Positions 35,236 to 42,786 of a stretch of DNA of 64,000 nucleotides are shown here, piece by piece. Source of the stretch: Myxococcota bacterium (lineage in GTDB: Bacteria; Myxococcota_A; UBA796; UBA2385); NCBI GenBank assembly GCA_044344255.1, contig JBIJDH010000018.1:71278-135277 (forward strand), written 5' to 3'. A model generated the notes under the pieces. It saw only the letters and a list, made by a program, of their open reading frames with translations, made no database searches and was not told the origin of the DNA. A program made the position numbers and the translations under genes. Position 1 is the first letter of the stretch. The number at the start of each line of letters is the position of its first letter.

Positions 35236-36257
35236 ACCGAGGGGCCCTCCTGGGGCTCGGCTTCGTGTGGAGCGGCTGCGCGCCCCAGGCGTCCGAGCCT
35301 GCTCCTCCCCCGGCGACACCGAGCTTCGACACCCTCAGCGGGGCGGGCCTCTCGCCGCCGTCCCCGCTCCTTCGAGTCCCTCGAGGGGGGCCGCCTGCCT
35401 TTGGGATGTGGGGCTTGAACGGTCACCTCGACCCGGAGGGCCTCCGCGCCCTCCAGGCCAATTTCGGGATCACCGTGGTTCAGACCGCCACCACCGACCC
35501 CCGCTGGGCGGTCGACACCCTGCTGCCCCGGCTGCGAGAGGCGGGGCTGCAGGTCACGCTGCGGCTCACTGGGGATCACCCCCGCTACACCGACGCGCGC
35601 GGCGACTTCGACCTCGCGGCCTGGGAGGCGCAGCTCGACCGCTGGGCGCCGGAGGAGCTCGCCCCCTTCATCGCCGACGGGACGCTGGCCGGCCACATGC
35701 TGCTCGACGACATCGCCAATTTCGAGGGGCGAGACCCTGACGCCGCCGACCTCGACGAGATGGCCCGCGCCAGCAAGGCGCGGCTCCCGGGGCTGATGAC
35801 CTTCGTGCGCGAGCGGGCGACCGCCCTCCCCGAGCCCGTGGGCGGTCGGTACCAGCACGTCGACGCGGCGGTGAACCAGTACAAGGCCCAGCACGGGGAC
35901 GCGGCGGCCTTCGCCTCGGCCGAGGCGGCGCGCTGCCGAGCGCTGGGCCTCGGCGTCATCAACGGCCTCAACATCGCCAACGGCGGCGACGGATCGAGCG
36001 GGCAGCCGGGCTGGGCCGAGGGCCGCTTCGCGATGTCCGGGGAGGAGATCCTCCGCGCCGGGGCCCCGCTCGCCACCGCTCCTGGCCTCGGGATGTTCCT
36101 CGTCTGGGAGTACGACGGGGAGGAGCGGTGGTCGGACGGCTCGGTGGGCAGCGACTACTTCGATCAGCCCGACCAGGTCGATGCCCTCGACCGCCTGGGC
36201 CGCCTTGTGTCCGAGCAGCCCGCGATCACCCTCTTACGCGCGCCCGCCCCTGGCTGA
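35232..36257 (+). CDS. Hypothetical lipoprotein (possible TIM-barrel glycan-acting enzyme)
   Basis: GTG start overlapping the galE stop (GTGA). Lipobox-like LGFVWSGC. High GC3. No recognisable catalytic motif. Confidence 0.5.
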   Translation: MNRGALLGLGFVWSGCAPQASEPAPPPATPSFDTLSGAGLSPPSPLLRVPRGGPPAFGMWGLNGHLDPEGLRALQANFGITVVQTATTDPRWAVDTLLPRLREAGLQVTLRLTGDHPRYTDARGDFDLAAWEAQLDRWAPEELAPFIADGTLAGHMLLDDIANFEGRDPDAADLDEMARASKARLPGLMTFVRERATALPEPVGGRYQHVDAAVNQYKAQHGDAAAFASAEAARCRALGLGVINGLNIANGGDGSSGQPGWAEGRFAMSGEEILRAGAPLATAPGLGMFLVWEYDGEERWSDGSVGSDYFDQPDQVDALDRLGRLVSEQPAITLLRAPAPG

Positions 36258-37298
36258 GGCGGGGGGCGCGGCGGGGGGCGCGGCAGGGGCCGCGGCGGGG
36301 GGCGCGGCGGGGAGGATCGAGAAGATGCTGCTGATGCCGTGCTCCTCCAGGGCCCAAGTCTGCAGCTTACGCCCCCGGGCGAGGTCATAGGCCACCACCC
36401 GCGCCGGCAGCGGCTCGGGGGCCTTGCCGAGGGGGCGCCGCAGCCAGGCGAGGTTCTGCTTCAAGGCGGTGGGGCGGAGGCGGCTGAAGCAGAGGTAGGT
36501 GAGCCCGCCCTCGCGGAGGATCCCCCGGCACCAGCCGAGGGGCCGGCCGCCCTCCTCGCCGATGCGGTCGAGGTTGTAACGCTCCTCGATCCGCGCGCCG
36601 CCGCGATCGAGCCGCAGCACCGCGCCGGACACCACCGTGAACCACAGCCCGTCCTCGTCCAGCACGCCGTCGTGGATCGGGTCGTCGGCGAGGCGGGGGG
36701 TGGTGGGCCGGGGCTCACCCGCCGGGGCGTCGAGGCAGAGGGCGTCGCGCTGCTCGAAGCGGGTCACCCAGCGGCGGCCCGCGAGGGTGAAGAGGTAGTT
36801 CGGGTGCGCCTGATGGGGCTTGGTGGTGGGGACGAGCCGGTAGTCGGTGGCCCGAGAGAAGCGGGCGGAAGGATCGGCCGCGGTCGCGCTGAGCACGGCG
36901 ACGAGCTGCTCGTCGGCCTCGTCGAAGACCAGCACGGCGTCGAGGCCGGTAGAGACGACGTGCAGCCGCCCGTCGATGCGGGTGACGTGGTGGACGTCGT
37001 TCATCCAGGGGTGGCTGAGCGTGCGGACCACGCGCTCGGCGCGGGGATCGAAGAAGAGCACCTCCGTCTGGGTGCAGAGCAGGAGGGTGTCACCGTCCCA
37101 GGACGCCGCCTTGAACACGAAGGAGGGGTCCTCTGCCGGGCATCGCCCCGGCGGCGAGGCGTGTTCGAGGACGGTACGGACAGCGCCGCTCTCGGTGTCC
37201 AGCTCGAGCAACACGGCCTTCTCGTAGGCCTGCCACTCGTCGCGCGCCTTGAGCCGCGCCCCGCGCTGCCGCCCGCCGGTGATGAAGGTGCGGGGCAT
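36234..37298 (-). CDS. Hypothetical protein (beta-rich), with Pro/Ala repeat C-terminal tail
   Basis: 354-aa ORF with coding-like GC3. The tail is ...PAAPPAAAPAAPPAAPPASARGGRA. It overlaps the convergent lipoprotein gene by 24 nt. Confidence 0.5.
   Translation of the reverse strand: MPRTFITGGRQRGARLKARDEWQAYEKAVLLELDTESGAVRTVLEHASPPGRCPAEDPSFVFKAASWDGDTLLLCTQTEVLFFDPRAERVVRTLSHPWMNDVHHVTRIDGRLHVVSTGLDAVLVFDEADEQLVAVLSATAADPSARFSRATDYRLVPTTKPHQAHPNYLFTLAGRRWVTRFEQRDALCLDAPAGEPRPTTPRLADDPIHDGVLDEDGLWFTVVSGAVLRLDRGGARIEERYNLDRIGEEGGRPLGWCRGILREGGLTYLCFSRLRPTALKQNLAWLRRPLGKAPEPLPARVVAYDLARGRKLQTWALEEHGISSIFSILPAAPPAAAPAAPPAAPPASARGGRA
36259..36312. repeat. 12-nt tandem repeat (~4.5 copies)
   Basis: GCGGGGGGCGCG x2, GCAGGGGCCGCG, GCGGGGGGCGCG, GCGGGG. 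It encodes the Pro/Ala tail of the minus-strand gene. Confidence 0.9.
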
Positions 37299-37479
37299 GG
37301 ACTGCAGCGCCTCGGTGGGGCGAATGGGGCGTCTGGCTTATCCGAGCACAGGCGGCGCCGCGAGGCCCGCGGCCCGCCCCGCCGGGCTCCCCCTCCGGAT
37401 GCGAGGTGGGTGTCACTCGGCTATCTTCGCGCCGCTTCGTGCCTCGTGATCGGCGAGCTCGCAGGCCGTGGAGGTTCCG

Positions 37480-39207
37480 ATGGGGGGCACCAGTCCGGTG
37501 GCGCGAGGTCCGCTCGGGGCGGCGGAGGCCGAGGCCGCCGGGGGCCTGCGCCGGCGCAGGGGCTACCTTCGCGGGGCCTTCGTGGTGGAGCACGCCCCGG
37601 CCGGGCCGACCGCGCGCCACGCCGCCATCCTTGTCCTGCCGCCGCTCGGCTACGAAGACACGAGCGCGTATCGTCCCCTCCGCGTGCTGGCCGACACGCT
37701 GGCGGCGAAGGGGTACTCCGTCTGGCGCCTCGACTGGCCGGGCCTCGGGGACAGCGCGGGAGAAGCGGAGACCCCCAATCTCTTCGAGTCCATGCGCGCC
37801 GCCGTCTCCGAGGCCGTCGCCGCGCTGCGAGCGCGGGGGCACGGGCGGATCATCGGCGTGGGCGTGCGCGGCGGGGCGCTCTTCGCCCTCGCGGAGCCGG
37901 GGCTGGACGACCTCATCCTCTGGGGCCTCCCCGCCAGCGGGCGGGCCTGGGTGCGGGAGGAGCGCGCCTTCCACCGGATGGCGGCCCGGGCCTTCGGCGC
38001 GGCGCCCGCCGGGGCTACCCCGCCGGCGGGGGCCCTCGAGGCGGGCGGCTTCGGCTTCAGCGCCGAGACGGTATTGGGCATCGAGGGCCTGGACGCCGTC
38101 ACCCTCGCCGCGCGGGCCGGTCGCGGGCGCGTGCTCCTCATCCCGCGCGAGGGCAGCACCCCCGCCGCCGCGCTGCGGAGCGCCTTCGAGGCCAGCGGGG
38201 CCGCGCTCACGCTCAGCGAGGCGGGCGGCGTCGGAGATCTCCTCGAAGACCCCTACCGCGCTGCTCTCCAGCCGCGGGTGAGCGAGGCGATCCTCGACTG
38301 GCTGCCGGCGGAGGAGGGCCGGCTGCCGCTCGGACCCGCCCGCTGGGCACCCTCGATCACCTTCGACGGGCAGGTTCGGGAGCGCCCGTGGATCGCCGCC
38401 GGCGGGAGCGGGGAGCTCTCGGGAATCCTCTGTGAGCCCGCGGGCGGCGCGGGGCCCGGCGCGCGGTGGGTGATCTTCTACAACGCGGGCGGGGTGCGCC
38501 GCTCCGGCCCGAACCGCCTCTGGACCCGCGCCGCGCGCGCCCTCGCCCGGGCCGGCCGCCCCTCCCTGCGCATCGACGTGCGCGACGTCGGCGACAGCGA
38601 CGGCGCCCACGCCCCCCACAAGGACCTCGAGGCGATGTACAGCGAGGCCTCGATCGCCGACGCCCTCCTCGCGTACGATCACGCCGTCGCCGCCGGGGCC
38701 GGCGCGGTCGATGTCGTGGGCCTCTGCTCGGGGGCCTTCCTCGGCGCCCAGGTCGCGGCCCGGCGTCGGGTGCGGCGGGCGCTGCTCTTCAACGGCCTCG
38801 CCTTCGTCTGGAACGAGGACGCGAAGGCGAGCGGCATGACGGCGCAGATCGGCCGCTCCCTCCTCGACGCCCGGCGCTGGCGGCGCCTCCTGAGCGGGCG
38901 GATCGATCGGGTCGCGCTCGTCCGCTCGATGGCGGTCAAGGCCCGGATGAAGGCCGAGGCCTCCCTCACCCGCCTCCGCGGCGGTGAGGTAGAGAGCGAG
39001 GTCTCCCAGCTCTTCCGGCTGATCCACGCCCAGGGCACCCTCACGGAGCTGGTGTCGAGCGAGGGCGATCCGAGCATCGCCTACCTCGAGCGGCTGGTGG
39101 CGGCGCCGCTCCGTCCACCGCTCACGGTGATCCCCGGGGTGGATCACACGATTCGCCCGCTCTGGGCACATGAGCGGGTGGTCGCGCTGGTGCTCGGCGA
39201 GGGTTGA
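37480..39207 (+). CDS. Tandem (fused) alpha/beta-hydrolase-fold protein, two ~280-aa halves
   Basis: Half 1: ILVLPPLGYED...WRLDWPGLGDSAG...IIGVGVRGGALFA (Arg at the nucleophile-elbow position). Half 2: VIFYNAGGVRRSG...DVRDVGDSDG...VVGLCSGAFLGA (Cys at the nucleophile position). The ATG at 37480 is preceded by GGAGG. Confidence 0.65.
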   Translation: MGGTSPVARGPLGAAEAEAAGGLRRRRGYLRGAFVVEHAPAGPTARHAAILVLPPLGYEDTSAYRPLRVLADTLAAKGYSVWRLDWPGLGDSAGEAETPNLFESMRAAVSEAVAALRARGHGRIIGVGVRGGALFALAEPGLDDLILWGLPASGRAWVREERAFHRMAARAFGAAPAGATPPAGALEAGGFGFSAETVLGIEGLDAVTLAARAGRGRVLLIPREGSTPAAALRSAFEASGAALTLSEAGGVGDLLEDPYRAALQPRVSEAILDWLPAEEGRLPLGPARWAPSITFDGQVRERPWIAAGGSGELSGILCEPAGGAGPGARWVIFYNAGGVRRSGPNRLWTRAARALARAGRPSLRIDVRDVGDSDGAHAPHKDLEAMYSEASIADALLAYDHAVAAGAGAVDVVGLCSGAFLGAQVAARRRVRRALLFNGLAFVWNEDAKASGMTAQIGRSLLDARRWRRLLSGRIDRVALVRSMAVKARMKAEASLTRLRGGEVESEVSQLFRLIHAQGTLTELVSSEGDPSIAYLERLVAAPLRPPLTVIPGVDHTIRPLWAHERVVALVLGEG

Positions 39208-39336
39208 ACTCGGTCGCTCCAATTCCCTTGCGGAGCGCGTGGGTTCGGGCGAAGTTCGCTGCGCGGCCAGGGCCCTTCGTCACGAACAAGGACCCCCTCC
39301 TCCACGGGTCGTGGAGCGTCGATCACCGGAGTCTCC

Positions 39337-39588
39337 GTGTCCACCGTCGAACCCATTGATTATGTTCGGGAGATCCTGGCAAAGCATGGCCGCCTCTCGG
39401 CGGACGTGATGAGCCTCGCCCCCGCTGATGACCTCTACGCGGTGGGCCTCACCTCGCTCACCACTGTCCACATCATGCTGGCCCTCGAAGACCAGTTCGG
39501 GGTCGAGTTCCCCGATCGCCTCCTCGGTCGAAAGACCTTTGGGAGCATCCAGTCCATCGTCGAGGCCGTGGAAGAGCTGGTCGGCTGA
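39337..39588 (+). CDS. Acyl/aminoacyl carrier protein (phosphopantetheine-binding)
   Basis: 83 aa. DDLYAVGLTSLTTVHIMLALEDQFGVEFPD follows the (G)L(D/T)S(L) attachment-serine helix-II pattern. GTG start with an upstream CCGGAG. Confidence 0.8.
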   Translation: MSTVEPIDYVREILAKHGRLSADVMSLAPADDLYAVGLTSLTTVHIMLALEDQFGVEFPDRLLGRKTFGSIQSIVEAVEELVG

Positions 39589-39626
39589 CCCTCCCGTCGC
39601 ACCCCGCCGTCCGAAGGACAAGCGCC

Positions 39627-40811
39627 ATGGAACATTCGAGTCCCCCCGCCGTTCGCCTGCGCGAGCTCACCCGGCGGCTCCATGAGATCGGCCGGGACGT
39701 GGTGGCGCCGCACGCCGCCGCGGTCGATCGCGACGCCCGCTTCCCCCACGAGGCCTTCGCGGCCTTAAAGGCCGAGCGCCTGCTGTCCTGCTTCGTCCCC
39801 GAGGCCTACGGCGGCATGGGGCTGCACTTCAGCGAGCTCACCCGGCTCTGCGAGGTGCTGGGGCTCTACTGCGGCTCGACGGCGATGGTCTTCGCGATGC
39901 ACCAGATCCAGGTGGGCTGCGTGGTGCACCACGCCACCGGCTCGCCGGTCTTCGAGGACCTCCTCCGTGAGCTCTGCCGGGAGCAGCTCGTGATGGCCTC
40001 CGCCACGACCGAGCTCGGCATCGGCGGTGACGTGCGCACGAGCCGCTGCGCGGTGCGGGTCGAAGGAGACCGCTACCTGCTCGAGAAGCAGGCGCCGGTC
40101 ATCTCCTACGCCGACCACGCTGACATCATCCTCGTGACCGCCCGCCGCGCCCCCGACGCCGCGCCGGGTGACCAGGTGCACGTGATGGTGCGGCGGTCCG
40201 AGTGTACGCTCGAGCCCCTCTCCACCTGGGACACCCTCGGCTTCCGCGGCACCTGCAGCATCGGCTACACGCTGCGCGCGGAGGGTCCGGTCTCGAACAT
40301 CCTGCCGGTCCCCTACGCCGAGATCCACCAGAAGACGATGCATCCCTTCTCCCACATCGTCTGGAGCGCCCTCTGGCTCGGCATCGCCACCGACGCGGTG
40401 CAGCGGGCGCGGGCGTCCGTGCGGGCGGAGGCGCGGAAGACCCCAGGCACGCTGCCGCCCTCGGCGATGCGCTTGGCCGAGCTTGACACCGTGCTCTTCA
40501 CGATGCGCAGCGGCGTCGAGGCGGTGCTCGCTGACTACCAGGCCCGGCTCCACCGCTTCGCGGGCGAGCCCTTCCCCTCCGACTACGGCTTCTCGCTCCG
40601 CGTGAGCAACCTGAAGGTCACCGCCTCCACGCTGATCATCGAGATCGTGGGCAAGGCGATGCTCATCGCCGGCATCACCGGCTACCGCAACGACGCCCCA
40701 GGCTCGCTCTGCCGCCACCTGCGGGACGCGTACGGGGCCTCGCTGATGGTCAGCAACGAGCGCATCCTGGGACAGAGCTCCACCATGCAGATCCTCCATC
40801 GGGAAGGGTGA
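39627..40811 (+). CDS. Acyl-CoA dehydrogenase-fold flavoprotein
   Basis: 394 aa with the three-domain ACAD pattern: FPHEAFAALKAERLL, SATTELGIGGDVRTS, DTLGFRGTCSIGYTL, RHLRDAYGASLMVSNERI. Confidence 0.85.
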   Translation: MEHSSPPAVRLRELTRRLHEIGRDVVAPHAAAVDRDARFPHEAFAALKAERLLSCFVPEAYGGMGLHFSELTRLCEVLGLYCGSTAMVFAMHQIQVGCVVHHATGSPVFEDLLRELCREQLVMASATTELGIGGDVRTSRCAVRVEGDRYLLEKQAPVISYADHADIILVTARRAPDAAPGDQVHVMVRRSECTLEPLSTWDTLGFRGTCSIGYTLRAEGPVSNILPVPYAEIHQKTMHPFSHIVWSALWLGIATDAVQRARASVRAEARKTPGTLPPSAMRLAELDTVLFTMRSGVEAVLADYQARLHRFAGEPFPSDYGFSLRVSNLKVTASTLIIEIVGKAMLIAGITGYRNDAPGSLCRHLRDAYGASLMVSNERILGQSSTMQILHREG

Positions 40812-40815
40812 GGCC

Positions 40816-41745
40816 ATGAGCTGTCTCAGCGGTGAAGATCCGCAGCGCGCCTATCAGGACGACCTCGTCGCCGCCGGGCTGCTGCTCCGGCTCGGTGCCC
40901 AGGGGCTCTATGCCCGCAGCGGCGTCTTCGAGGGGGTGATCCGGCAGTTCGAGGCCTACGTCCACCGCGCCGCCCCGCCCGTCGACGCCACTTGGCGCCT
41001 GCCGCCGGTCTTCGCCCGCGACCACTACTGCGGCATCAACCACATCTACAACTTCCCCGATCTGCTCGGCTCCATCGACGAGTTCAAGGGGGCCGACCGC
41101 GAGCACCAGGCCCTCCTCCGTGCCTTCGAGAAACGAGAGGAGGGGGAGGACTGGACCCGCTCGCTCGGCCCCTCCAACCTGATGATGGTGCCGGCGGCCT
41201 GCTACCCGATCTACCCGACGCTCACGGGCACGCTCCCCCCGGGCGGGCGGCTGATCGACCTCCAGGGCTTCGTGTTTCGCAACGAGCCCTCGGACGACCC
41301 CTGTCGGATGCTCATCTTCCGCCAGCAGGAGTATGTCTGCGTGGGGACGCCGCAGGCGGCCCTCGACCACCGCGACGCCTGGATCGAGCGCGGCCTCGTG
41401 CTGCTGCGGGCCCTGGGGCTGCCAGTGGAGTCGGTGGTCGCCAATGACCCCTTCTTCGGCCGGGGGGGCCGCCTCGCCAAGGCCACGCAGCGGGAGCAGA
41501 CCCTCAAGTTCGAGCTGGTGGTGCCGGTCACCTCCGAGGAGCGGCCCACGGCGGTCACCTCCTCGAACTGCCACCTCGACTACTTCGGGGGGGCCTTCGA
41601 CATTCGCACCGACGACGGTGAGCTCGCCCACTCGGCCTGCGTGGGCTTCGGGATCGAGCGGGTGGCGCTCGCCCTGTTTCGGCACCACGGCTTCGACGTC
41701 TCCGCCTGGCCCGCCGCGGTCCGGCGCCTGCTCGAGCTCGGCTGA
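40816..41745 (+). CDS. Amino acid--[carrier protein] ligase (truncated class-II aaRS, SerRS-like catalytic core)
   Basis: 309 aa with no tRNA-binding arm. Motif-2-like FVFRNEPSDDPCRMLIFRQQEY and motif-3-like ACVGFGIERVALALF. Possible Zn ligands in AACYPIYP, RNE and SSNCHLD. It lies 4 nt after the ACAD gene and next to a carrier protein. Confidence 0.8.
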   Translation: MSCLSGEDPQRAYQDDLVAAGLLLRLGAQGLYARSGVFEGVIRQFEAYVHRAAPPVDATWRLPPVFARDHYCGINHIYNFPDLLGSIDEFKGADREHQALLRAFEKREEGEDWTRSLGPSNLMMVPAACYPIYPTLTGTLPPGGRLIDLQGFVFRNEPSDDPCRMLIFRQQEYVCVGTPQAALDHRDAWIERGLVLLRALGLPVESVVANDPFFGRGGRLAKATQREQTLKFELVVPVTSEERPTAVTSSNCHLDYFGGAFDIRTDDGELAHSACVGFGIERVALALFRHHGFDVSAWPAAVRRLLELG

Positions 41746-41811
41746 GACCCTGGCGCTCCGCCGCGCCCGGCCCCCGCCCGACGATAGACCCTCGACCCTG
41801 GAGACCGGGCC

Positions 41812-42786
41812 ATGCCGCGAGTCGCCCCGCTCGACCCCTCGACCTATGTCCGCCACCGTACGCACCAGCCGGGGCGGACCTGGGCCGAGACCAACTGTTA
41901 CACCGACGTCGTCATCGAGCTCCTCCACGGGCTCGGCCACGAGCCGCTCGCCGCGCTCCCCTTCACGCTGACCATCGACCTCGACGTCGACCAGTGGACC
42001 TTCTTCAAGTTCCCCCACCAAGACATCGCGGCCCTCTACGCCCTGGGCGTCCACGAGCTCGCCCCCTGGCGCCCGCTCGTCGAGCACCTCGAGGAGCTGG
42101 CCGCGGCCGGCCTGCCTGTGCTGGTGGAGCTCGACTCCTTCTACCTCCCCGACACCGCGGGCTCGGCCTATGGGCTGGCTCACGTCAAGTCGACGGTGGC
42201 GGTCAATGAGGTCGACCGGGCGCGCGGCGGCCTCGGCTATTTCCACAACCAGGGCTATCACTGGCTCGAGGGACAGGACTTCCTGGACGTCCTGCAGGTG
42301 GGGGGCCTCGTGCACCCGCGCATGATGCCGCCCTACATCGAGATCGTGAAGCCGCTGCCGCGGGCGCGGGCCCTGCGGGGGGCGGACCTCGTCGAGGGCT
42401 CCCTCGCGGTGCTCCAGCAGCAGCTCCGCCTCCGCCCGGAGACGAACCCCTTTCGACGCTTTCGGGTGAAGTTCGAGGCGGATATGCCTGGACTGCTCGA
42501 GGCCGACCTCGAGCACTTCCACGCCTACTCCTTCGCGACGCTGCGTCAGTACGGGGCCTGCTACGAGCTGGCCTCCACCTATCTCAGCTGGCTCGGCGAG
42601 CAGGGCGTAGATGGTCTCCAGTCGGCGGTGGACGACCTCGGTCACATCTCCACCGCCACCAAGGCCCTCCAGCTCCGGCTGGCCCGCTCGATGATGCGCA
42701 AGAAGGCGCTCGACCTCTCGGTCCTCGACGAGCTCGCCCTCCGCTGGGACGCGGCGATGGAGCTGCTGGTGGCCCGCCATGGCTGA
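41812..42786 (+). CDS. DUF1839-like protein (possible BtrH-like carrier-protein-dependent acyltransferase/peptidase fold)
   Basis: WAETNCYTDVVIELLH, LDVDQWTFFKFP and VELDSFYLPDTAGSAYGLAHVKSTVAVNE fit my recollection of DUF1839 proteins, which accompany aa:CP ligases. A candidate nucleophile Cys lies in ETNCY. Confidence 0.6.
   Translation: MPRVAPLDPSTYVRHRTHQPGRTWAETNCYTDVVIELLHGLGHEPLAALPFTLTIDLDVDQWTFFKFPHQDIAALYALGVHELAPWRPLVEHLEELAAAGLPVLVELDSFYLPDTAGSAYGLAHVKSTVAVNEVDRARGGLGYFHNQGYHWLEGQDFLDVLQVGGLVHPRMMPPYIEIVKPLPRARALRGADLVEGSLAVLQQQLRLRPETNPFRRFRVKFEADMPGLLEADLEHFHAYSFATLRQYGACYELASTYLSWLGEQGVDGLQSAVDDLGHISTATKALQLRLARSMMRKKALDLSVLDELALRWDAAMELLVARHG

Noticed and set aside
37299-37479. 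Possible sigma-54 promoter (TGGCTTATCCGAGCA) in the divergent region upstream of the carrier-protein cassette.
   Set aside because: The GG-to-GC spacing is one nucleotide short of the -24/-12 consensus, and the TTGC element is absent.
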